From contig NC_069000.1 in assembly GCF_001194135.2 (NCBI RefSeq), positions 36,258,555-36,295,433 on the forward strand: a DNA stretch of 36,879 nucleotides. The letters are read 5' to 3'. The position numbers and the translations under genes were made by a program. Positions 22,651 through 33,405 of the stretch are shown here, in pieces; the first letter of the stretch is position 1, and each line of letters begins with the position of its first letter. Source of the DNA: Octopus bimaculoides. Taxonomy: Eukaryota. Under the pieces are notes generated by a model. It worked only from the letters and a program-made list of their open reading frames with translations, was not told the origin of the DNA and searched no databases.

Positions 22651-23220
22651 CACTTGACTTAGGTACAAATTAATACACTTCTAAAAGAGATAATGTTCAA
22701 TTTCAATCAATCCACTTAAAAAAGGTAAAGAACAAAACTATCTTTAACACACCATATGCAAATTAATCTACTTCAAAAATAGGGTCTGTTTACTCAGTAC
22801 AGGATACAGTATATTGCATGATATAGCACAGTATTCCCAGATTTCTGGAAGCCAGTTAAGCAGTCCAGTACTGGATACAAACCAAGATATTAAAGATTAG
22901 GTTTCTTTTAAAATATCTGATGTAGCTTTTAGACAACTTTCTTAGTGCACATATATTTCACACCAGAAGGGAGGTCACTGTCTTTTTACGTATTGCTTAG
23001 AGATGTAATATTTCAGTCCTCATTATCATTTCACATTCACTTTCCATGTTGGCATGGGTTAGACAATCTGACAAGATCCAATGGGTTGCAAATCTACAAC
23101 TTGTTCTGACGTCTCAGTTTCATAATGGTTTCTACAGCTGAATGTTCCTTCCTAATGCCAACCACTTTACAGAGCATAGTGGGCACTTTTTTTCAAGCAC
23201 CAACACTAGTGAGGTTATCC

Positions 23221-23345
23221 AGAAAGGCATGGGATGAAGTAAGGAGAAAGGATCTACAGACGATGGGACTCACAGAGGGGATGATAGAGGACTGAGACAT
23301 CTGGCAGTTTGCTGTGCTTGAGAAAACACACCAAGCTAAGTAAAA
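23221..23345 (+). mobile_element. RTE ORF C-terminal fragment
   Basis: RKAWDEVRRKDLQTMGLTEGMIED*DIWQFAVLEKTHQAK. Confidence 0.7.
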
Positions 23346-23599
23346 GCATGGCTTACTGCCTTAACAACACCAGCAATGGCAATAATTCTTTCTACTGCAG
23401 GCACAAAGCTGGAATTTTGGCAGGAGGAGGTTCAGTTGATTATATTAACCCCAGTGCTTAACTGGTACTTCTTCAATCAACCGAAAAGATGAAAGGCAAA
23501 GTTGACTATGGCAGGATCTGAATTCAGAACATAAAGAACCAAAGAAAAGCTGCTAAGCATTTTGTCCACCACCCTAACAATTTTGAAGCTCACTGGCTT

Positions 23600-23958
23600 A
23601 TATTGTTGTTGGCACTCCATCGCTTACGACGTCGAGGGTTCCAGTTGATCCAATCAATGGAACAGCCTGCTCATGAAATTAACGTGCAAGTGGCTGAGCA
23701 CTCCACAGACACGTGTACCCTTAACGTAGTTATCGGGGAGATTCAGCGTGACAAAGTGTGACAAGGCTGACCCTTTGAATTACAGGCACAACAGAAACAG
23801 GAAGTAAGAGTGAGAGAAAGTTGTGGTGAAAGAGTACAGCAGGGTTCGCCACCATCCCCTGCCGGAGCCTCGTGGAGCTTTAGGTGTTTTTGCTCAATAA
23901 ACACTCACAACGACCGGTCTGGGAATCGAAACCGCGATCCTAACCACTGGGCCATTGC
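23600..23958 (-). mobile_element. tRNA-derived SINE (same head as 33228-33405)
   Basis: gcgcaatggcccagtggttag-gatcgcggtttcgattccc (deletion between boxes) and a long conserved body; low CpG decay. Adjacent to a 24713-type SINE at about 23375-23600. Confidence 0.85.
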
Positions 23959-24046
23959 GCTTCAACACTGGCTTATAATGGTGGTAATAAAAGTGTGTAG
24001 TACATGTCTAATATTTATTGATCACTGAAACTGCAAAAAAACCCAC

Positions 24047-24213
24047 CTTTTAGCCATCTTCATACCACAATCTTCAGAACAGTATTTAGAGTTTTGAAGG
24101 GCATGTTGAATACAGTTAGCACCAAAACATTGACGAGGCACTTCTACTTCAGATTTCTCCACACACTGCTTATCCTCAACATCTCCATGTTTGTCTATCT
24201 TGTTTCTCGATTT
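24047..24213 (-). CDS. CXXC1: CXXC1 exon; SET1-interaction region
   Basis: tttcag|AAA acceptor and AG|GTGGGT donor; KSRNKIDKHGDVEDKQCVEKSEVEVPRQCFGANCIQHALQNSKYCSEDCGMKMAK, compare human QCLGPGC...SKYCSDDCGMKLA; 167 nt. Confidence 0.95.
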
Positions 24214-24479
24214 CTGAAATGAAAAATCACATCCACAAATAAAGTCACAAGTTCGGTAATTAAGCCTTACTTTTTAATAATTGAGATTTTTGCAGTGGAT
24301 TTGTGTCAGTGATCAGGTATCAGTTTCATCAACATCATCATCAACTTAATGTCAACTTTTCCAAGCTTGCATGGGTAGAACAGAATTTAGTGAGGCAGAT
24401 TTCTATGGTCAGATGCCCTTGTTGTTGTTAATCCTCATCTGCTTCCAAGTAAGGTAATATTTCTCCATGGCCATGTAAA

Positions 24480-24670
24480 AGTGCCCCGTGCAGCACCATG
24501 TTAAAGCATCCAGCACACCCAGTAAAGTGGTTGGAGCTAGGAAGGGCTGTAGAAACCATGTCAAATCAGACAGGAGCCTGGTGCAGCTTGCCAGCCCTGG
24601 TCAAACCTTCCAACCCATGCCAGCATGGACAATGGACACTAAATGATGATGATGATGATGATGATGGTGG
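24480..24670 (+). mobile_element. RTE 3'-tail element with (GAT)n
   Basis: gtggttggagctaggaagggc...ccaacccatgccagcatgg...(gat)n. Confidence 0.75.
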
Positions 24671-24712
24671 TGGTATTGGAGAGACACACACACACACCAT
24701 GGGATGTTTTCA

Positions 24713-24950
24713 GTTTCTTATTTCTTTATTGCCCACAAGGGGCTACACACAGAGGGGACAAACAAGGACAGACAAACGGATTAAGTCGATTATATCAACC
24801 CCAGTACACAACTGGTACTTAATTTATCGACCCCGAAAGGATGAAAGGCAAAGTCGATCTCGGCGGAATTTGAACTCAGAATGTAAGAGCAGACGAAATA
24901 CTGCTAAGCATTTTGCCTGGCATGCTAACGATTCTACCAGCTCGCCGCCT
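24713..24950 (-). mobile_element. Full-length tRNA-derived SINE with Meta-domain-like centre
   Basis: Head GGCGGCGAGCTGGTAGAATCGTTAG, B box GAGTTCAAATTCC; centre gactttgcctttcatcctttcggggtcgataaattaagtaccag. Other copies at 23375-23600(-), 26760-26890(-), 34345-34560(+). The domain name is from memory. Confidence 0.8.
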
Positions 24951-25359
24951 TTTTCAGTTTCTGCCTACCAAATCCTCCCACTAGGCTTTTGTTGGCCCAG
25001 AGCTATAGTAGAAGACACTTGCCCAAGGTGTCATGCAGTGGAAACTTCTTACTACACAGCCATATGTGCATTGAAAATTTTGACACCAAATAATAAATAT
25101 TTAAGTGAAGTTCATACCTTTTGTTTTTTTTTTTAATGGCTATATATCTTCATGTCTCAGCTCAAATCATTTTCCAGGCAGGTACATTTCCAAGATCATT
25201 TAATAATTATAAGGAGGAGGAATAATTACCTTCATCATTTAGCAATTTATTGTTTAATAACCCACAGCTTGTAATGTCTTTCAGCAAGTAATACTCACGA
25301 AAGAGAGAGAGAGAGAGAGAGGCAAAAAGCATAAATACAATATAATAAAACAGACTTAC

Positions 25360-25431
25360 CCTACCAGGAGGTAAAGAATGCTTCCTTGACTTTCTTGTAA
25401 TATTGGTTTCCTTCAAGGATTTTCTCTTTGC
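25360..25431 (-). CDS. CXXC1: CXXC1 exon; basic region
   Basis: tttcag|GCA acceptor and AGG|GTAAGT donor; AKRKSLKETNITRKSRKHSLPPGR; 72 nt, phase 0-0. Confidence 0.82.
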
Positions 25432-25509
25432 CTGAAAGATATTTTTTAAAATATAAGAGTGAAATTTAGTTTGTTAAACATTTATGAAGAAAATGACTAT
25501 ACAGAATGC

Positions 25510-25900
25510 TAATAAATTACGGTTTCAATTCCAGTTATCAACATCCAATGAAAACAATTGACAGGGAGGATAAACCTACTGTTAAAGGCTTGTTTGGAAG
25601 AAGTTCAACATAATGGATGCTGAGGATAACATAGCTGAGTCAGGGGATGAAATGAAACTCTCAGTTTTGAATGATGCTTAGAAAAATAATTGGCCAGACT
25701 GTATCTGTGAGTTTACAAGTTTTCCACAAGTAGAAAGTCTACTTCAAATCGGCAGATAATGTGAGACTTGCAATTGAAACAGGGTTTGGAGAATTTATAG
25801 AAGACGATGTGCTTGTTGAGTTGCTAGTCCCATAGAGTATGTTTATCTAACGAGGACTTGATACTGTTTGAATAAGAGCAAGCTGAGAGAATACAGAAAT
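25510..25900 (+). mobile_element. Tigger/pogo-like transposase remnant
   Basis: Frameshifted pieces KFNIMDAEDNIAESGDEM, WPDCICEFTSFPQVE and LSNEDLIL resemble the Tigger1-type transposase C-terminus. Confidence 0.65.
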
Positions 25901-26237
25901 TCCAGTCTTGTGTCACATCCTTAGCAAGCTCTTAACTCTCAATGTTAATAAAAGAGAAAGAAGAAGAGAAGGACAGAAGGCAAGAGCAGGAGAGTGAGAG
26001 AAAGAGACTGAGTTTCAAATATCTCTATAACAACACTCACTCAATGAACCAAACTACCTGGATAGACAAGCATTTCTAGAAAGCATCACTAAATGGGAGA
26101 TGTAAAGGACACTTTGGGGACATTTCTCTCTCTCTCTGCCGACTACAGAAACTAACTGCGCCTTTTTTGAGGAATTGGGATTGAGAAGTGTTCATTATTT
26201 TACTAGGCTGTTGAACTTCAAAGATAGATAAACTTAC

Positions 26238-26286
26238 CCTTCTAACTTTCTTGACCTCTGGCAGACCTTCTTGTTCTGGCAAACCT
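26238..26286 (-). CDS. CXXC1: CXXC1 small exon; central linker
   Basis: attcag|A acceptor and AGG|GTAAGT donor; (R)GLPEQEGLPEVKKVRR; 49 nt, restores phase 0 after the 113-nt exon. Confidence 0.8.
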
Positions 26287-26644
26287 CTGAATAAATAGTA
26301 TAAAAAACAGAAAATTAATATGCCAATATTTAAATAAATCGATCAGTAATTGTTGTTTATCAAATGATTTATAAAGATTTCATACGAAAATTTTTTATTA
26401 CTTTTGCAAGGTATAATGACAACATTAGCAAGGCAGAGATTACAATCAAACTAATTAACCCTAGTTTATTACCATACTCCAGAGAGTTAAGAAACAAAGC
26501 TGATCCCCCAAAGGGAATAATGGTGAAGTCAACATCATAGAGGATTAAAGACAAACTCAATCCCAGGGAGATTAAACTCCTACAAAGATTAACAGAAATT
26601 AATGGTAGGTTCAACTTCATAATTGTTAATAAGTTTGGTTTCAC

Positions 26645-26785
26645 AGTAGTAGTAGTAGTAGTAGTAGTAGCAGTAGCAGTAGCAGTAGTAGTAGTAGTAG
26701 TAGCAGTAGCAGTAGCAGTAGTAGTAGTAGTAGTAGCAGCAGCAGCAGCTGCAGAAGCAATAATAATAATAATGATAATAATCCT
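26645..26785. repeat. Compound trinucleotide array (TAG)n/(CAG)n/(AAT)n
   Basis: Seen directly; abuts the 3' end of the SINE at 26760-26890. Confidence 0.95.
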
Positions 26786-27205
26786 TTCTACTATAGGCAC
26801 AAAGCCTGAAAATTTTGGGGAAAGAAACTAGTCAACCCCAGTGTTTCACTGGTACTTAAGTTATCAACCCCAAATGGATGAAAGACTAAGTTAGCCTAGT
26901 ACCAGGCAGTGGCTCTCATGGATTCTGATCTTAACTGACTGGAAGTGTTACCATGTCTTGGTATAAAAGATGGGATACAGCAAATATTCTGCTCAATACC
27001 AGAGATTTGCTTGTCACTTGCTTGACAATTGGAGCCTGGTGCAGCCTTCTGGCTTGCCAGTCCACAGTCAAATCGTCCAACCCATGCTAGCATAGAAAGC
27101 GGACGTTAAACGATGATGATGATGAGATTATCAATGTTGCCAACAACATAATGAGTTACAGGACAGCGCTTGACGTCGTAAGTCTGCTAAACATTTGACA
27201 CATAC

Positions 27206-27318
27206 CTCAAACCTTCCATCTGTACATCAACTGACTCTGCGGCAGACATAACAGCACGGTTATCTCTTTCTTTCTCCTCTGGTCGCAGTTTCCATTTCTG
27301 ACCTGATAAGATGAGACC
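27206..27318 (-). CDS. CXXC1: CXXC1 exon; central linker
   Basis: Pyrimidine tract + tcgtag|GGT acceptor and AG|GTATGT donor; GLILSGQKWKLRPEEKERDNRAVMSAAESVDVQMEGL(R); 113 nt. Supported by splice signals and phase rather than homology. Confidence 0.8.
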
Positions 27319-27539
27319 CTACGAAGGAGAAATAAAGAAAATATACAATTAGATATTCTTTATCTTGTACTAGTTTTAGTGGTTAGACTACAATCATGCT
27401 GGAGCATTGCTTTCAAGATTTTAGTTGAAGATTATAGACACTAGTGTTTTGCTTGGTACCGATTTCAACTTTGGAAGAAAAGGCAAAGTCAGGGTGGATA
27501 TTATTTGAACTCAGAAAGTAAAATAAATATAACCATGAG

Positions 27540-27935
27540 TGTGTAATTAAGAAGGTAGCTTTGCAACCACATCGTTTTGGGTCCAGCCCCACTGCTTGGT
27601 ACCTTGGGCAAGTGTCTTTTAATATAGCCCTAGGCCAAGTAATGCCTTATGAGTGAATCTGATAGCGAAAAACTGTGTGGAAGCCTGTTGTGTGTGTGTG
27701 TATGTGTGTGTGTGTGTGTGTATGTGTTTGTCTCCACCACAGCTTGGCCAGTTCTGGTTTCTTTACAACCCCATAACTTCACAGTTTGACAAAGGAGACC
27801 AATAGAAAAAGTACCAAACTTTAAAAAAATAATCAGTACTGGGATCAATTTGTTTAACTTAAACCTTCCAGGCAGTGCCCCAGCATGGCCACGATTCAAT
27901 GACTGAAACAAGTGAAAGATAAAAGATAAAAAAGA
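27540..27935 (+). mobile_element. tRNA-derived SINE (28621-29004 family) with internal (TG)n
   Basis: ttgggcaagtgtcttttaatatagcc...(tg)n...cagcatggccacgattcaatgactgaaacaag. Confidence 0.8.
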
Positions 27936-28620
27936 AAGCACAAAGTATTTTATTTTACTCTGTTGATTTTTGCTATCCAACTGGTGTATATATCTATAAA
28001 TACAAATATATCTGACAGGGCTTCTCTGCAGTTTCTATTAAGCAAATTTTGCTCACAAGGCTTTGGTCAACCTGAAACTACAGCAGAAGACACTTGCCCA
28101 AGGTGATGTATGGTTGGATAAAAGGTAGAACCAAATGATATTTAATTCTGAAATGAAAATTTAAATAATTACCGTATTTGCCAACATATAAGATGTACTC
28201 ATGCATTTTTACAAGTATATTTTGTAGAGGAAAACAAATTTGGCATGTTTGCACATTTACTACAGTGGTTTGTAAGGGAAAAATGCATGATTCTGAGACA
28301 CAAATACAATGCTGTAACATTATACTGGGATAAAGTGTGAAATCATAAATTTATCACATATAAACTATGTTATACAAGTAGTTTATTTCAATTTTATCTT
28401 CTTTCAAATCAACTGTATGGCTGTTCATATTTTGGTCAAGAGAATTGCTACTAGGATGTAAAACTCATATTTTTGGCTGTCGTGTTTCATGTTACTGTGG
28501 TCAGCCACCATGGTAGTGCACAACCACTACGGTTTTGTTGTCACCTGCTCGTTGCAGATAACAAACTGGTAGATGGAAGTTTAATATTCCTTCCATATTT
28601 CTGGGAGAATTTTCATTTAC

Positions 28621-29004
28621 TCTTTTACTCTTTTACTTGTTTCAGTCATTTGACTGTGGCCATGCTGGAGCACCGCCTTTAGTCGAGCAAATCGACCCCA
28701 GGACTTATTCTTTGGAAGCCTAGTACTTATTCTATCGGTCTATTTTGCCGAACCGCTAAGTTACGGGGACATAAACACACCAGCATCGGTTGTCAAGACA
28801 TACAAACACATACACACATACATATATATATACATATATACGACAGGCTTCTTTCAGTTTCTGTCTACCAAATCTACTCACAAGGCTTTGGTCGGCCCGA
28901 GGCTATAGTAGAAGACACTTGCCCAAGATGCCACGCAGTGGGACTGAACCCGGGACTATGTGGTTGGTAAGCAAGCTACTTACCACACAGCCACTCCTAC
29001 GCCT
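28621..29004 (-). mobile_element. Full-length young tRNA-derived SINE with internal microsatellite
   Basis: A box TGGCTGTGTGG and B box GGTTCAGTCCC; centre cttgggcaagtgtcttctactatagcc; internal (TA/TG)n; tail ggcggtgctccagcatggcc...gaaacaagtaaaagagtaaaagag. Partial copies at 28010-28120, 30535-30620, 31370-31625, 32030-32267, 34580-34670. Confidence 0.9.
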
Positions 29005-29610
29005 ATAATTAAAAAAAAAAATTAATTAAAAATTAATTAGATAATTAAAAAAAAAATGTTTCTTAAAAGGTAACACAGCCATTAGATAATGCAAGCCACA
29101 TATCAGGTATGGGTTATGTATGCTGGAGAAGAGGGTAAAATAAGATGATATGACCTCTCTACATAACTACCGACATACTGTAAACAATTTTAGATAATTT
29201 TGTGCAAACAAACTGTGACAACTGGGCTTGTTTTCAATATGTTAATAAACGCAACAATTATTGTGCCAAGCAGATTTATGTTCATCTAGCCTACAATACT
29301 CAGACTCCTGTTGTAATATGGCTGCATAAGATTTTTGGTACATTAAAAACAAAAGTGAATTTTATATACTGGCAAATACAGTTCTAGATTTTTCTTCATG
29401 ACCTAAGTATTTTTTATTAGATTTTTGCTGCTCACTGCATTAAATACATTAACACGCACTGCTGCATTTCAATTATTCTGGCTTTCTACCATTTCTGTCA
29501 ATTGCCTCGTTTGATTAAAAAACAAACACTCAAGGAAAATAATTCTTATATTTAATAATGAATGATATAATAAGACAAATGTTTCTTTTATGAGTCTATT
29601 GAATACTTAC

Positions 29611-29679
29611 AAAATTGAGGCACTGTCGAAGACGGCATTTCTGACGAATTTTGTTTGGACCACCAAATTTTTTCATGTC
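29611..29679 (-). CDS. CXXC1: CXXC1 exon; CXXC zinc finger, second half
   Basis: gcaaag|GAC acceptor and TTT|GTAAGT donor; DMKKFGGPNKIRQKCRLRQCLNF; 69 nt, phase 0-0. Confidence 0.96.
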
Positions 29680-29800
29680 CTTTGCAAAATAAAAAGATTT
29701 TATGTTAAATGTGAGATGTTAATCTAAAATATAGGAAAAGAGAGTCACTGGAAAAATTGCTGCCATTGGTATGTGGATACATACATATATATATATATAT

Positions 29801-30066
29801 CAACTTTAAATAGAGCTCAAAATTGATCTGTTGAAAATACTTTATTACAACAACAATAACAATAATAATAACAAATAAATAGACCTATGTACATTTCGAT
29901 AGAACATCCAGAATGATTAATACATATCATAAAATATTATAAAATATAGGATACTCCATCTCCTCAGGGTCCCATTATTATTGCTATCATCACCGTCATT
30001 ATTATTAGCAATACACATCCAATAAAAACAGAAACCATTCAAATCTAATTTTCATAGCTGACCCAT
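29801..30066 (+). repeat. 266-bp segment duplicated at 9520-9785
   Basis: One mismatch (attgatctgt versus attgatccgt). Confidence 0.92.
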
Positions 30067-30783
30067 NNNNNNNNNNNNNNNNNNNNNNNNNNNNNNNNNN
30101 NNNNNNNNNNNNNNNNNNNNNNNNNNNNNNNNNNNNNNNNNNNNNNNNNNNNNNNNNNNNNNNNNNNNNNNNNNNNNNNNNNNNNNNNNNNNNNNNNNNN
30201 NNNNNNNNNNNNNNNNNNNNNNNNNNNNNNNNNNNNNNNNNNNNNNNNNNNNNNNNNNNNNNNNNNNNNNNNNNNNNNNNNNNNNNNNNNNNNNNNNNNN
30301 NNNNNNNNNNNNNNNNNNNNNNNNNNNNNNNNNNNNNNNNNNNNNNNNNNNNNNNNNNNNNNNNNNNNNNNNNNNNNNNNNNNNNNNNNNNNNNNNNNNN
30401 NNNNNNNNNNNNNNNNNNNATATATATATATATATATAGATATATATATATATATATATATATTTACACACACACACATATATATATATATATTTTCACA
30501 TATATATATATAAATATAAATATATATATATAATGGGCTTCTTTCAGTTTCTACCAAATCCACTCCCAAGGCTTTGGTGAGCCTGAGGCTATCGTAGAAA
30601 ACACTTGCCCAAAGTCTTACACTCTGTGTAAAAAACAGTTCGAGATGATCATGACTGAAATGTCTCTGCTCATAAGTCTGCTTGAACTGGACCAATTGAG
30701 GATAATTGTCCAGATTTGAACAACCAACTAACTTTCTCCACAGAACCAGTATTAAAGAAATAAGCAGAATAGTTTCTTTATAC

Positions 30784-30879
30784 CTTGCAGAAATCACAAC
30801 GGCTGCAATCTTCTTGTCGATGACATGATATACATTCTCCACACCGCCGAGATGACTTTTTCTTCTGTTTAGTTTTGTC
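30784..30879 (-). CDS. CXXC1: CXXC1 exon; CXXC zinc finger, first half
   Basis: ctttag|GAC acceptor and AAG|GTATAA donor; DKTKQKKKSSRRCGECISCHRQEDCSRCDFCK; 96 nt, phase 0-0. Confidence 0.95.
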
Positions 30880-31039
30880 CTAAAGAAAAAAAACATAAAG
30901 AAATGAAGGCCAGAAAGAAAAAGAAGGAAAAAAAATGAAGCTTCAGTAAATAAGTACCATTTTATGTCCTAGGACTCAGAACCGGTTGCCCAGATTTCAT
31001 GGCATATATAACGTGACCAAGATCACAACATTCCCCTTA

Positions 31040-31210
31040 AATGGAGCGCTAGTCCATCACAGTGTTACTCATTTACAGCTGAGTGGACTTGAGCAACATG
31101 AAGTGAAGTGTTTTTACTCAAGAACACAACACACTGCCCAGTCCAGGACTCAAGACTCTGATCATGCAATTATGAGTACAACACTTTAATCACTCAGCCA
31201 CATGCCTTTA
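31040..31210 (-). mobile_element. CORE-like SINE 5' portion
   Basis: Similar to 479-821 and 8885-9050. Confidence 0.65.
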
Positions 31211-33227
31211 TGAAGCTTTAGCAGTAATTGTGATAATTTGAAATAGATTAATTAACTAGTCCTTTCTGCTGCCAGTACCTAAATATAAGATGAACTTATG
31301 GGAGAGCATCTATGTGGACTCTTAACCTGAGACACAGAAGGGTTTAGTAAAAAAAATAAACAACCCTAGTACCAATTTTTGAACTTGGTACTTATTCTGT
31401 CAACCTCTTTTTGCCAAACCACTAAGTTATGGGGATGTAAACAAGCCAAAACCAGTTGTCAAATGGTGATGGACTTCTTTTAATTTCCATCTACCAGATC
31501 CACCCACAAGGCCATGGTCAGCCTGGGGCTATAGTAGAAGACACATGCCCAAGGTGTCATGCAGAGGGACTGAACCTAAAACCACGAGCGTGGGAAGCAA
31601 ACTCCTTACCACATAACCACACCAATTTTTCAAAAAGATTTTTGTTGAAATTAGAATATGAGTAGGACATTATGTTATTATTGAGCAGAAACCTGATCAA
31701 GGATGCACCAAAGGTCTGCTAGTTATTTTGTGCTAAGGTTATTTCTACAGATATTCTATAGAAATCAGAGTCAGCACACGTTGCTTATATAGTCACCACA
31801 TACAGCAGTGTGAAGCTATTGGATATACCAATTTATATATCAAACGCATTCCTGGAGATGGTATGTAAACTATAGTATATTACAGGGGCATAATGAAATA
31901 CCACATACCTACAAATCATAAATCTGCTAGATTAGTGGTTCCCAACCATTTCTTTCCCTATGGACCCCCTTTGACTCATATTTTAATCTACTGGACCCTC
32001 ATAGCCATTTGATTTCTTTTATTCTTTTATTGTTTTACTTGTTTCAGTCAGTTGACTGGGGCCATGCTGGAGCACCGCCTTCAGTCAAACAAATTGACCC
32101 AGGACCTAGTACTTATTCTATCGGTATCTTTTGCCAAACTGCTAAGTTACGGGGACGTAAACACAACATCGGATGTCAAGTGATGGTGGAGAGGGGGGAG
32201 GGAGAAATACAGACACAAAAACATGTGTGTGTATATATATATATATATATACACGACAGGCCTCTTTNNNNNNNNNNNNNNNNNNNNNNNNNNNNNNNNN
32301 NNNNNNNNNNNNNNNNNNNNNNNNNNNNNNNNNNNNNNNNNNNNNNNNNNNNNNNNNNNNNNNNNNNNNNNNNNNNNNNNNNNNNNNNNNNNNNNNNNNN
32401 NNNNNNNNNNNNNNNNNNNNNNNNNNNNNNNNNNNNNNNNNNNNNNNNNNNNNNNNNNNNNNNNNNNNNNNNNNNNNNNNNNNNNNNNNNNNNNNNNNNN
32501 NNNNNNNNNNNNNNNNNNNNNNNNNNNNNNNNNNNNNNNNNNNNNNNNNNNNNNNNNNNNNNNNNNNNNNNNNNNNNNNNNNNNNNNNNNNNNNNNNNNN
32601 NNNNNNNNNNNNNNNNNNNNNNNNNNNNNNNNNNNNNNNNNNNNNNNNNNNNNNNNNNNNNNNNNNNNNNNNNNNNNNNNNNNNNNNNNNNNNNNNNNNN
32701 NNNNNNNNNNNNNNNNNNNNNNNNNNNNNNNNNNNNNNNNNNNNNNNNNNNNNNNNNNNNNNNNNNNNNNNNNNNNNNNNNNNNNNNNNNNNNNNNNNNN
32801 NNNNNNNNNNNNNNNNNNNNNNNNNNNNNNNNNNNNNNNNNNNNNNNNNNNNNNNNNNNNNNNNNNNNNNNNNNNNNNNNNNNNNNNNNNNNNNNNNNNN
32901 NNNNNNNNNNNNNNNNNNNNNNNNNNNNNNNNNNNNNNNNNNNNNNNNNNNNNNNNNNNNNNNNNNNNNNNNNNNNNNNNNNNNNNNNNNNNNNNNNNNN
33001 NNNNNNNNNNNNNNNNNNNNNNNNNNNNNNNNNNNNNNNNNNNNNNNNNNNNNNNNNNNNNNNNNNNNNNNNNNNNNNNNNNNNNNNNNNNNNNNNNNNN
33101 NNNNNNNNNNNNNNNNNNNNNNNNNNNNNNNNNNNNNNNNNNNNNNNNNNNNNNNNNNNNNNNNNNNNNNNNNNNNNNNNNNNNNNNNNNNNNNNNNNNN
33201 NNNNNNNNNNNNNNNNNNNNNNNNNNN

Positions 33228-33405
33228 GAGAGAAAGGTGTGGTGGAAGAGTACAGCAGGGTTCGCCACCATCCCCATGCCGGAGCCTCGTGGAGCTTTTA
33301 GGTGTTTTCGGTCAATAAACACTCACAACGCCCAGTCTGGGAATCAAAACCGCGATCCTATGACCGCGAGTTCGCTGCCCTAACCACTGGGCCATTGCGC
33401 CTCCA
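33228..33405 (-). mobile_element. tRNA-derived SINE 5' part (runs into gap)
   Basis: GGAGGCGCAATGGCCCAGTGGTTAGGGCAGCGAACTCGCGGTCATAGGATCGCGGTTTTGATTCCC; body matches 23600-23958. Confidence 0.85.

Noticed and set aside
22130-22880. Possible Tigger-type MITE ends (cagtaccagacc...; cccagatttctgga repeated)
   Set aside because: I could not establish a matching TIR pair or TSD by eye.
26369-26800. 143-aa ORF with poly-I/A/T
   Set aside because: It is a translation of the trinucleotide array in an intron.
9724-33383. Long ORFs in the track (e.g. 9724-10908, 12339-13263, 30045-30896, 32009-33383)
   Set aside because: They are long only because they run through N gaps.
33330-33405. Possible tRNA gene (also the heads at about 750-821, 1385-1460, 28930-29004)
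   Set aside because: A and B boxes are present but there is no proper acceptor stem or cloverleaf, and each continues into a SINE body found elsewhere in the window.
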